A DNA stretch of 63,722 nucleotides, filler included, from Craspedostauros australis (Eukaryota), in assembly GCA_030167865.1 (NCBI GenBank). It is 23 parts of 23 records of this genome, joined end to end, with 100 filler letters (N's around TTAATTAATTAA, not from the genome) between each part and the next. Parts side by side here need not be neighbours in the genome. Positions count along the whole stretch, not along the records: positions 38,822 to 40,427 come from JALAGF010001795.1; positions 40,528 to 46,519 come from JALAGF010001796.1; positions 46,620 to 48,069 come from JALAGF010001797.1; positions 48,170 to 49,264 come from JALAGF010001798.1; 19 more parts are not named here. One strand, written 5' to 3'. Shown here in pieces: positions 38,822-49,364 of this stretch; the stretch's first letter is position 1, and the number at the start of each line of letters is the position of its first letter. Made by a program: the position numbers and the translations under genes. Under the pieces are notes generated by a model, which had not been told where the DNA came from, searched no databases, and saw nothing but the letters and a program-made list of their open reading frames with translations.

Positions 38822-40420
38822 GAGGCACTACCAGGCGCAACGGTCTTCAACTGGGTTTGGTTCTACGTCGTATAGACGCAAGAGAGCAACTGTAAAAAGC
38901 TTGTGTCATTTGTGATGGGTCCACCTGGGGTGGCAATGTGCACATCTTTGGTCACACATATGCTGCTACTCCCGACCTCATGGAGTTCCGCATCTTGGTG
39001 GNCATCGTTAAAGTGCAAGGACTGCTCATGTACAGAGCTGACATCGCGAATGCAGTCGCCAAAGCACCTGCCAGTGCACAACATCACTACATGCAAATCG
39101 ATGATCAGTTCCGCAGCTAGTGGAAGCACAATCATGACGTTGCTCTGGGTCAACACATGGTTGTGCTTTTCTCAAGAATCTACAGAGCATCCTGAAGCAC
39201 CGCTACAGCAGAGTCCACATACCAATCAGCTACTCAAGGACATGGGGTTCACACAACAACTCAAGCACCATGTTTGCACATTGGAAACCTTCATGCCCAC
39301 AATGCATACATGCCCTGGCAGGTGGAAAACTTTGCGGTGGCAACCAAGGATGAGACCTTTATGAGGAGTTCTGTGACATGCTTGATGCTCGGCTGAACCA
39401 TCCCATCACTTGGTACGGTCTGTTTGCACACTACAACGGACTGGATCTCACTCAGGCCTGACGACGTGTGAATGAGCACTGCTCCACATACATCGACAAG
39501 GTGCTCTGGCAACACAATTGGCATTGATTGAAGTCTACACAACGCCTACCCATGTGCGCAGACAATGGATGTGTGTGGCAATTGGATCAGGCAGTCTTAC
39601 CCAACATGGAAGCCAAGCATCATGGTCTGCAATCCAAGTCCTTCAGCTACCACTGAGCCATNNNNNNNNNNNNNNNNNNNNNNNNNNNNNNNNNNNNNNN
39701 NNNNNNNNNNNNNNNNNNNNNNNNNNNNNNNNNNNNNNNNNNNNNNNNNNNNNNNNNNNNNNNNNNNNNNNNNTACCTCTTCAGGTATGTTGCATCCACC
39801 AGGGACTTTGGGATCACCTACTGGTGACAGTCTCCTGTTCCGCAGCTTGCAGATGTGGCAGCACTGAAACACCTCTTGCCTGCCAACAACAAGCGCCACA
39901 GCCCGGCGGACCAGGCCACCATCCAGGCGACTTTCCTCTACGTATATGCAGATGCCAATTGGGGTGCTGATACAAGGTGTCGTAAATCCACCAGTGGCAT
40001 TGCGTTGCTTCTTGGCGGCCCTGCTGTCGCGTGGAAAGCCCACGTCCAACCCACCATTTCTCTCAATACCTCTAAAGCCNNNNNNNNNNNNNNNNNNNNN
40101 NNNNNNNNNNNNNNNNNNNNNNNNNNNNNNNNNNNNNNNNAGATCAGTGTGTGCCAACAGCATGCCATACTTATCTACAAGGACAACCGAGGTGCCAGAA
40201 TGATGGCAAACGCCAACCAACCGCCAAGGAACTCCAGGCATATCGATATACACACATTTGCGGTCTGCGATTGAGTGGGCAGAGATCTCATCCTCATCGC
40301 TGATGTGTCATCCAACCCCAATGCTTCAGATCTGTGCAACAATCAGATGCCTGTGATTCTGTTATTTTGACATACGGACCTACTCATGGGATGTATTCCA
40401 TCATTCTACGTTCGCCGGTG
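38822..40420 (+). mobile_element. Degenerate Ty1/copia reverse transcriptase-RNase H
   Basis: ADIANAV, YADANWGAD..RKSTSG, YKDNRGA and RHIDIH motifs, with stops, frameshifts and gaps. Confidence 0.85.
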
Positions 40421-40589
40421 AATGCCGNNNNNNNNNNNNNNNNNNNNNNNNNNNNNNNNNNNNNNNNNNNNTTAATTAATTAANNNNNNNNNNNNNNNNN
40501 NNNNNNNNNNNNNNNNNNNNNNNNNNNCAGAAGGTGAACTTCAAATGGCGAGTACTCATGGAGTAGGAACCAGTACTGAACAAACGGAG

Positions 40590-40825
40590 TGTCGAATGCG
40601 GAGTACGCATCGAACACGGAGTATCGTGTAGCATGAGCACACGATGTTGAGAGAGAGAGAATACAGAGAGGAGCGAGAGAGGATCTTGCGTACCGACTCA
40701 TAGTCGGAGACCGAATCTACAAAACAGATTGAAGCGCTGAGAGCATCGGGCAAGAGAACGGCGTACACCGAGAGGATCGGAGTAGCCAAGCAATGAAATA
40801 GCAAACAGACGGCTATCAACCAACA
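40590..40825 (+). mobile_element. Possible 3' LTR of a copia element
   Basis: Short ORF end, then purine-rich gaacaaacggag, then TGTCG...CCAACA termini. Confidence 0.35.
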
Positions 40826-41249
40826 TCATCTTCCACGATCGTAGGTTACCGCGAGCGGAACTTGCCAACAAACGTGCGGATTATGAGATAAGTGCTATGG
40901 TTCTTCCCTTCGAGGGGGATCTCCTGTGGTGTCCTGAATGACAATGCGTGGGGTTTGTGTAGCCCAAGTACCGTGGGTTGAGATCCGTTGTCTGAGTTCT
41001 GTGAGAGACAATGGGCGATGATGCGCGTTGCTGTGGCTTTGGTTCCGTGCGTCGGCGTTTTGGCGATGGTGGGTGTCAGAAACTTGGTTATCGGAACCCC
41101 ATTGCTTCCCTGACACGAATTCCGAAGATCTGCTTCAAGGTTCTGGATCTGTCCCCAAACGTGGGGGCCGGTGAAGTATTCGTTTGACCTACTGGAATGC
41201 TGACAAGTCGGATGATTCGTAGTCTTTCTCACGAAGATGGTTACTAGTT

Positions 41250-41739
41250 TAGCTCTATTATTGAACAAGCAGCTCTCCTTCTCCACCGCAATGGTGGGGC
41301 TGCAGCAATCGAACTCGCTGCACTGAGCGGCGCAGGTCTCCGGATTGCTGAGGTAGTTGGATCCGGAGCAGATTCCGTTGATGTAGGTCTCGACGGACTT
41401 GAAGCCGTCGGCGCCCGCGGCCGGTGGGGCGCCCGGTGCTCTGGTGGGCGACGGCGTCGGGTTGTTGACGGAGTCGGAGTTGTCGTTGGACTTGCCGATC
41501 TGCGTGACGAGGACCGTGATGACGATGGCAACGACGATGCAAACGACGGCCATCGCCAAGTACAAGCAATTTTTGTTCCACCTCGTGTTCTGTTCCATGT
41601 GCTCCGTGGTGTACTTGAATCTGGGCTGCTCTTCGCTTTTGTGGCTGCGGCGGCCGGCCGCGGTCTCGTCCTCGCCGAGGTCGCTCACATCGTCATCGTC
41701 GTCCTGTCGGCGCCTGGCATCTTGTGTTCTTTTATTGTT
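41250..41739 (-). CDS. Type II membrane protein exon with PTPSPTRAP stalk and Cys-rich repeat; apparently truncated near 41250
   Basis: TM LAMAVVCIVVAIVITVLV; C..C...CC...SC pattern; GC3-rich codons that end abruptly. Candidate acceptor CTAACAG at 41746-41740. Start codon not located. Confidence 0.55.
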
Positions 41740-41901
41740 CTGTTAGTTGGTTGGCTGGCTGGCTATGCTCTGTTATTGTTCTGTTAGTGCTCTGTTGGGC
41801 TGGCTGGCTGTATCAGCACAAAATCCGAATAGTGCTAAGTACGTTACTCCCGTAGCCCCCACTATCTATAAATTTCACTTGTGTTCGGTTCAGCAATCGC
41901 A

Positions 41902-41971
41902 TCGCCTGTACCTCAACGGTAGAGCACCAGTAATTCTAACTGAGGTTCTGGGTTCAAATCCCGGCATGGTG
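41902..41971 (+). ncRNA. tRNA-like module in 5' LTR (mutated A and B boxes)
   Basis: TACCTCAACGG and GGTTCAAATCC variants of the 3' LTR module. Confidence 0.6.
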
Positions 41972-42358
41972 CTTTGCTTTTGCTCTCCCCTCGTGATTTT
42001 TCGATAGTGCTCTTTCAGATTAACAGTCGCAGCTAGTTCTGCATCGCTGAGTTAGGACAACCTTGCACAACATGCCTTCGTGGGCGCGTTGCGATCACCG
42101 GATTTCGACCCAGTCTCACACTTGTCTGCTACGGCAGCACTCCCACTTCGTCTGGCAGCATTAGCCACCCAGCAATGAGGGTGCCCCGAGATGGGGAGAC
42201 GCGGGAGATGATAACTTTTCGTCATAGTGCTCTTGAGCAGGTGGTCCACGGTCGTAGCGTAGGGGAGTGTCAGCACAAAAACCGAATAGTGCTAAGTACG
42301 TTACTCCCGTAGCCCCCACTATCTATAAATTTCACTCGTGTTCGGTTCAGCAATCGCA

Positions 42359-42428
42359 TCGCCTGTAGCTCAACGGTAGAGCACCAGTAATTCTAACTGA
42401 GGTTCCGGGTTTGAATCCCGGCATGGTA
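42359..42428 (+). ncRNA. tRNA-like Pol III module in 3' LTR (not a functional tRNA)
   Basis: A box/D arm TAGCTCAACGGTAGAGC and T arm CCGGGTTTGAATCCCGG; TATAAA about 30 nt upstream and T-runs downstream. Acceptor stem and anticodon loop are non-canonical. Confidence 0.75.
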
Positions 42429-43114
42429 CTTTGCTTTTGCTCTCCCCTCGTGATTTTTCGATAGTGCTCTTTCAGGCTGTGTTGCGTACCTCTGGCAGTG
42501 ATCGAATGGAACCAAATTGGGCGGACTGAGGTATTGTATCAGCCGCTCTGTGAGTTCTGTGAAGTCGGTGTCGACTTGGTGCGTGTGGGTCTCTTGCTCG
42601 CTTTGGTTGGGAAACACTGTTGCTGTCTGGATGACAGAATCAATGCAATGGTGGATGCAATCGCAGCTTCACTTCCAAAAGCAAGGGATGAGAAAGCCCG
42701 TTTGTGCACCAAGCGCTGTGTTTCTTCACGACACTCCAGATGCTCATTTTGTGATGTCTTGTCCTGTTCTATCTTTGTCTGATTGTGTCCGATCTTGTCA
42801 TCGCAGAAAGATTCCAAATGACTCCGACCCACCAAAAAACGATTCTTGAACTCGTGAACAAACCCAAATGTCATGAGATTGTCCCAAACCCAGAAAAAAC
42901 AACACGACAGATCGCGGGCTCCATTAGATGTAGCCTTCCCAACTTCATGACCTCATGACTTTAAAGATAAAGCCCCTATGGAGCTATAATCTCGGATTAT
43001 TAATCTAAGTTTGTTAAATTGCATGTTTGCCAAGTTTCATTTAAATTGAAGGCCCAAAATCAAAGAATCCCTGGAGGGACCGCACCGCTATTGACTCACG
43101 GGTCGTATGTATGG

Positions 43115-46100
43115 TCAGTCATCACGCCTTGTCGCATTCCCATCTGGTTCGACATCATGCTCCTCGTCGTCTGCTGCGTCTTCGTCCTCGAACTGATCCA
43201 TCTCCCCCGCGTTTTCGTTGTTCTCCTTGCCCCTTCTGCTTTGCGTATTGATCTTGTCCAGAGAATCCCGCATCCAACTGACGATGTTCCGCACAACGTT
43301 CATATCCTGACGAGTGGTGATGCGATACGCATTCTTGTCGGTCTTCTGACTTTGCCGGCGACGTTCGTCGAGCTTGTCCATCGATTTGGTCAGCAGTGGA
43401 CTCTTATCGGTGGGAAAGCCTGCGTAAAGGGACGTTCCATTGACCTTGTTTCCGGAATACGGGATATCAAGACGAAGTTTGTCTTGCCTGCTTGCAACGC
43501 AGTACAGTCGGTTAAAGCCAAATATGATGTCAACGAGGCTGTTGTGAATCTTGTCTCTGTTGTCGCGGATGTCCTCGATTCCAATTGGGGTGGAATCAAA
43601 ATAATCTTTGGCTTGGACGCAGGCCGTGAAGAGTTCCACTTCCCATCTCGAGAAATTACCTGCGTTGTCTGTGATCTTCCTCGCGCCAACAGTGGAAACG
43701 TATCCATCTGCGAGATTGCTCGATCCCTGCGCCACGGTTGTGAGTGATGGGCAGAATTTCTGATTGGTTGGATTGAATTGGGGCGCTTCTATGTCTCTGA
43801 TCACTTTCTCAAGATCGACGCAGGCCTTCCTCATCTTGAGAAGCTCGTCTGCCAGCTTCTTGTCTATGTCCAACGTTGGCACCAGGGTCTCCCATGTGAT
43901 AGCATTGAAGCTCTCGGCGTTGTCCCATGCCGAGATCAGTTGACGAGGATCTTTGCCAGAGTTTGAATTGACTTGCTTGGTTTTCAACTCGTCCCAACGC
44001 TTCAACACGATGCGAGCCTCAAGGGCTTTGCGAAGTCTTTTCCATTCCTTTTGTAACCACTGATTGGCCTCCTTCGTGGTCTTGGATCCAAAGCCCTCGG
44101 GCTTTTTCGGGCCGGTCGGTTCGTAGACGCTCATCTGAGAAATCTGGTGGTACATTCCATCCATCGCGAGGTCAGACCAACTAGAAACCGGAATCACATC
44201 TTTCAGTGCTTCCCAATTCTCTCCTACGTAGTCTGTCTCGCCACCACTGTCTCCCGTGGACAGCTTGAGCTTCATTCCAAGGGTATCCTCAACGATGGAT
44301 TGGATGCATGTCCTGTTATCCAATGAGACGGTCGTGGCTGCAGTGATGGCAGCACCAATGATCTGCGTTGACAACGCCTCGTAGGCAAATGGCGTTGTTC
44401 CGAGAAAGCCATCTTCACCGTTTAGACTCTTCCCCCTCTCCAACAGCCACACACAGAAGAGTTGAATTGCCTCATCCACGATGAATGGCTTCTCCAGTGT
44501 CGGTTGACCCTTGAAGGTTTCATTGATCACGGTGTTGTTGTTTGCATCCAGAACAATGTTGTCGAATATCGTGAACGGCTCGGGTGTCACCAGTCCAAAC
44601 CTCGTGACGAGAAAATACATGATCTCCTTGTTATCCATTCCAAAGTCCTCAAAGTTGATTCCATAGTCGAGATCCATCGCATGTTGCCTTGCTCTTTCGA
44701 TGTCCATGGGCACGGTGAAGTTTGTTTGATACAGAAGAATCGCAAGTGCCTGTGCCGCTCGCAGAGATCGGTCGCTACCTTTCTCTTCAAAGTCCCTATC
44801 GTCCCACAGACCCGCCAAGCCATTGCTTCTCGCGAATTTATCAAACACCAACGACATCAACCTCATCTCATCGCCAAGCTCGCCGAACTTCAACAGCGTC
44901 TCTGTCAGCTGGTTGACCAAGATCGAGGCCATCCTTGCATTGTGTGATGCGATGATGCTCAGGAATGGCGTCTCCATAATCTTGTCGTAGGTGGGAAGCC
45001 TGGACTGTTTCTTTAGGTTTCCGTCGTATCCATTGCAAAGGGCTTCGTACACTTCCTTGGGATCCTTTTTGGCACTGGGTTCAAGACAGACGAAGTTGTC
45101 GCTTAGAGAACCGACAGCCCCACCGTACATTCCGGTACCTGCGATGGAGAAGACCACCTCGATGGGTGGCTTGCTGGTGTCTCGTGGGAGCCCGCCATCA
45201 TCCGTACTGTTTCCGTTCTTCACGTTTCCAATGGCCTTGTTCATGATGTAGTGACCGAGATCTCTTCCAAGGTCTTCATAGTTTCGAATGACCTCTTTCG
45301 CAAGATTGGGACAGTACCTTGCTTCATCAATGGCAAACACTATCCGAATCCTGTCGTCCTTCACCTTCGGGTGTCCATTGCCTTGCGCGTCGTCGTCGGA
45401 ATCGTCGTCAGAATCGGCGTCAGTCGCGGCGCCTTGCGCGTCGTTCGTGGCTTGAATCGAGTCGAGTGTACGCAACCGCTGCTGCACCGTGTTTGCGATC
45501 GTTGATAGCACCTCGCCGTTGTTTTCGAAGAAGTCATCATCCATACATTTCTTCAAAAAACCCCGGCTCTGATTCGTCCGAGCTTCGCTTGCTTCCGCCG
45601 TCGCTACGTCATTCTTTGCTACGTACATCAGAGTGATGACAGCATCTCTTGACTCTGCACTTGTGGCCAAATCGACTGTCTTGCCTGTACCGCTGCCGGA
45701 AAAGAAGACACGGACAATGCTGGATGCTGCCGGTTCCTTATATTGGGTGAGATGCACTCTTCGGGGGATTCCATATTCGTCGCCCATATGTCGGAACTTG
45801 CATTTGCCGATGTAGTATGCTACTGCTGTGGCAGTGCCACATTTCATGCGGCGAAGAGAATGCTTTGTGCGTTTCCGTACAGCGGTGAAGAGCCTCTCGA
45901 GACTCTCCAGTACCGATTGGCGGAGATCCACTTTTGGGTTATCGAGTCCACCGAGACCCTTGATCGACTCCCATGCGAATAGCGCGTTGCCCTCATTGCC
46001 ATCGTTGTAGAGCCATTGGGCGAGGAGGTGGTCTTTTTGAAGCTCGGCATAGGCGTTACTGTACGATCGTATGTCTCCCTCCTTGTCGCCATCCGTTTTA

Positions 46101-46519
46101 ACCATTTCGATGATCTTCTTTCGGAAGGTCATCATTCTGTCGAGCCATTCAAGCTCCCATGCGCTCATCTTGTCTTCATCTGAACCTGTTACATTCATTT
46201 TGTTGATTGCGTCCTTGATGACGCTTTCGCCAGGCTTCGGCAACGTCTTCAGCATCTTGATGACATCGCCATCATCCTTGATGGTCCAGAAGTCGAAGGT
46301 CTTGAAGACAGAATCGTAGCTGGTCACATTGAGCAGCGCGTCACCACCGGTGGAGCCGGCCTCATTGGTGGAGGGTGCGGCCATGCGGAAGCCGGGGTGC
46401 CAACGTTGGTGAAGTCCATCGTGATGATGTTGGCACTGACCACGACGCAGTTGCGCAAGGAATGGCGAGGACGACACCGAAGGGGTGGAGCCAGACCTGA
46501 ATGGCTGCAATGGCCGTGG
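43115..46519 (-). CDS. P-loop NTPase + putative PD-(D/E)xK (QxK) nuclease-fold protein, paralogue 2 (>1130 aa; frame open to contig end)
   Basis: Walker A SGSGTGKT; Walker B IRIVFAIDEA; FSIAGTG; HNARM; SNLADGYVS...VQAKDY; acidic tail. Confidence 0.75.
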   Translation of the reverse strand, partial: PRPLQPFRSGSTPSVSSSPFLAQLRRGQCQHHHDGLHQRWHPGFRMAAPSTNEAGSTGGDALLNVTSYDSVFKTFDFWTIKDDGDVIKMLKTLPKPGESVIKDAINKMNVTGSDEDKMSAWELEWLDRMMTFRKKIIEMVKTDGDKEGDIRSYSNAYAELQKDHLLAQWLYNDGNEGNALFAWESIKGLGGLDNPKVDLRQSVLESLERLFTAVRKRTKHSLRRMKCGTATAVAYYIGKCKFRHMGDEYGIPRRVHLTQYKEPAASSIVRVFFSGSGTGKTVDLATSAESRDAVITLMYVAKNDVATAEASEARTNQSRGFLKKCMDDDFFENNGEVLSTIANTVQQRLRTLDSIQATNDAQGAATDADSDDDSDDDAQGNGHPKVKDDRIRIVFAIDEARYCPNLAKEVIRNYEDLGRDLGHYIMNKAIGNVKNGNSTDDGGLPRDTSKPPIEVVFSIAGTGMYGGAVGSLSDNFVCLEPSAKKDPKEVYEALCNGYDGNLKKQSRLPTYDKIMETPFLSIIASHNARMASILVNQLTETLLKFGELGDEMRLMSLVFDKFARSNGLAGLWDDRDFEEKGSDRSLRAAQALAILLYQTNFTVPMDIERARQHAMDLDYGINFEDFGMDNKEIMYFLVTRFGLVTPEPFTIFDNIVLDANNNTVINETFKGQPTLEKPFIVDEAIQLFCVWLLERGKSLNGEDGFLGTTPFAYEALSTQIIGAAITAATTVSLDNRTCIQSIVEDTLGMKLKLSTGDSGGETDYVGENWEALKDVIPVSSWSDLAMDGMYHQISQMSVYEPTGPKKPEGFGSKTTKEANQWLQKEWKRLRKALEARIVLKRWDELKTKQVNSNSGKDPRQLISAWDNAESFNAITWETLVPTLDIDKKLADELLKMRKACVDLEKVIRDIEAPQFNPTNQKFCPSLTTVAQGSSNLADGYVSTVGARKITDNAGNFSRWEVELFTACVQAKDYFDSTPIGIEDIRDNRDKIHNSLVDIIFGFNRLYCVASRQDKLRLDIPYSGNKVNGTSLYAGFPTDKSPLLTKSMDKLDERRRQSQKTDKNAYRITTRQDMNVVRNIVSWMRDSLDKINTQSRRGKENNENAGEMDQFEDEDAADDEEHDVEPDGNATRRDD

Positions 46520-46619
46520 NNNNNNNNNNNNNNNNNNNNNNNNNNNNNNNNNNNNNNNNNNNNTTAATTAATTAANNNNNNNNNNNNNNNNNNNNNNNNN
46601 NNNNNNNNNNNNNNNNNNN

Positions 46620-46792
46620 TCGGCAACCGAGGAAATCATTGCACTCCGATACGCACTCCGATCTCTGGGAGTCACAGTCAAAGCGCCAACGATCACGTTC
46701 GGCAACAACAATGCAGTGATATCGAACACGACCATTGCAGACAGCTTGCTTCAAAAGAAGCACGTGGCAATCTCATTCCACAGAGTCCGCGA
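46620..46792 (+). mobile_element. Ty1/copia (CoDi-type) RNase H fragment
   Basis: ATEEIIALRYALRSLGV...FGNNNAVISNTT...LQKKHVAISFHRVRE. Confidence 0.85.
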
Positions 46793-49364
46793 NNNNNNNN
46801 NNNNNNNNNNNNNNNNNNNNNNNNNNNNNNNNNNNNNNNNNNNNNNNNNNNNNNNNNNNNNNNNNNNNNNNNNNNNNNNNNNNNNNNNNNNNNNNNNNNN
46901 NNNNNNNNNNNNNNNNNNNNNNNNNNNNNNNNNNNNNNNNTGACAATTCTCACAGAATTCCTTACTTCTTACTTCTTTACTAATCCTATTAGTCAAATAC
47001 TGGTCGGGGGCTGTCTTCGGACAGCACTCACAAACAAACAACAAAAGCTCCGACCAGGGCACGAAACAACGGGCCAATACGTCTTTCGTAGTTACTTGCA
47101 CTGTTTGACAATCATCTCCATCTCCATCTCTTGCCATGGTCGCCTTCGTCCATCCTTTTTGGCATGTGATGTTGTGCGTGGCTGCTTGTTTCACCCATGC
47201 ATTGCTTTACTGGTCATGTATGCGTACGACTATGACACATTGGCTGACACCTCCATCAATGCACATAGTCGTACGCAAGTACAACAATGATCTCTTCCAC
47301 AGAACGAGGACATGTATTGCCATAGTCGTTGAGTAGTTGTTCTGTGTGACATCAACATCAACAGTTCGTTGTTTTGGTGATGTCAAGAATTGTTGGCGCA
47401 CTTCAATCGTCTGCCTGTCATCCGTGGTTGATCGTGTTTGGGGTAATACGATGCCAGTAGGAATGGTTTGGACTTGGTGACAGGTCCAAATAGAATCAAT
47501 GTGAATGGTTTGTGGTGTGCGGATCTGTTGATGTTGATGTCGATGTTGATGTTGCCACTGTTGATGTCGATGTTGTGTTCTGCCAGAGATGTGCGTGTTT
47601 GTGATAGATCTTCATGTTGGCCATTTCCGTGTTTGGATTCCGAGTTGTTCGCATACCTCTAACTTGACTGTGACTAGTGTGTTGTCAACGAAGGATGGTT
47701 CTCATTCCTTGTTCTTCCACACCCATCACACCCATGTTCTGTCGACTTTGGTTGTCTTGGCAGCATAGGATCTGCCGTTCATCCGGTGCTCCAACGATCA
47801 TCAAGACCATGTTGCGTCAGCGCATGGCCAACGAGTGCTGCGGCGATTAGCCGACGCAAGAAGCTGTCCTGTTGGCGGCCGATGTGCACCCGTCCGCAAC
47901 CAAGAACAGCAGATGCAAATCCCAACCAGCCAATCCCTCACAGCGCTCCAAGTCAACGTGCAAAAACTGAAATCTTGTCTCAAATTCGTTTGACATCGCC
48001 TGTATGATCGATCAGAAGGTGCATCGACCGTGGCTTTCCAGGTACAGCCTGTCTCTGCTGACTCTCAGCNNNNNNNNNNNNNNNNNNNNNNNNNNNNNNN
48101 NNNNNNNNNNNNNTTAATTAATTAANNNNNNNNNNNNNNNNNNNNNNNNNNNNNNNNNNNNNNNNNNNNAGTTTGCCCAGCACGTCCTTGATATTGGATT
48201 CCCTCATGCGACGCTTCAGTCGGCATTGATGCAGCTTTGCGGCAAGCTCCTCGAGGGATTTGGTGGCATTGTCGAGTTGCTCACCAAAATTGCTGATCTC
48301 AGTGTTGCATTGAGAAAGTAGTTCGGAAGGTAGGGTTTTGCTCGTGTCCAACTTACATTTCTGCATCATGTCTTGGGCTGCCTTGATGCTTTCGTCGAGT
48401 TGCACTCTTATTTTGGCCTCCTTCTTCTCCGCATCGCTGATCTGTTGTTGGATATCCTCCTCATNATCGCTGTCATCCTCTTCCTCCTCTCCGATCTCCT
48501 CGAGAACNGCCCCACCACCGCCGAGACTCACGAACTTTTTATTCTNTTTTGGCGGCATCGTACTTTCGTGTTCGAATTGTTTGTCAAGAGCTGATTGAGA
48601 ATTATGTTTGCCCGATNATGTGAGCTTGTGGCTTTCCCAGCTTCACAACTTGTTTGAGTTTCGGGGTTTTGTGAGAGCGTGGTTGGGGGATGTGTGGAGC
48701 ACATTGCTGCGCTCCTGTTGCATTCCGGTACACCTTCAAGACATGGTCGCACGCCAATTCGAACACGCACAAGATCGCATCAGATCGCACATGCTCCGAG
48801 TTTGCAACACAGTGCTGCGTTGATGCCGAATCTTGGAGTGCAGCGAGGTTTCAGAAGCGTTCGACGAAGTACCAGTCTCATCACTGGGCGGGTCGCCCAA
48901 AGACTTCTGACAATTGCTCCACTGCTCTTCGACAGCTTCCCGACGATGGATCAGAAGTAAAGCTCTCCGAAAGAGTCACCTTCGCATCACGTTGCATTGT
49001 ACTTTCGGGACATGGTCGCACCCTGGAGTTTGGACACGCAGAAGGTCACAGCAGATGTCATCCAGCTCGAGCGTGTGCTCGTAATGCTGTGTTGAGTTGT
49101 CACAGAATCTTGGGTGACTTGCGGCTTCCAGAAGCACCCGATGAAGTTCCGTCGTCGTGAACTTGGCACGTTGCGCTGGTGTGGGTTGAAGTACTCTCCG
49201 TGGATATCTTGGAATCTGACTGATGGTGTTCGATTCTGTTCGATGCTTCGGTGCCACAGATCGGNNNNNNNNNNNNNNNNNNNNNNNNNNNNNNNNNNNN
49301 NNNNNNNNTTAATTAATTAANNNNNNNNNNNNNNNNNNNNNNNNNNNNNNNNNNNNNNNNNNNN

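Larger units (their letters stand above)
41811..42474 (+). mobile_element. Complete 664-bp TRIM (non-autonomous LTR element) with tRNA-like module in both LTRs
   Basis: LTRs 41811-42017 and 42268-42474 (207 bp, 8 mismatches by eye); TSD GGCTG at 41806-41810 and 42475-42479; PBS 42018-42031; PPT aggggag 42261-42267; 3' LTR has TG...CA termini. Confidence 0.92.

Noticed and set aside
40826..41247. Non-autonomous Helitron (A|TC...hairpin...CTAG|T) truncating the membrane-protein gene
   Set aside because: The termini fit but the hairpin is only 5 bp and there is no second copy; too weak to call.
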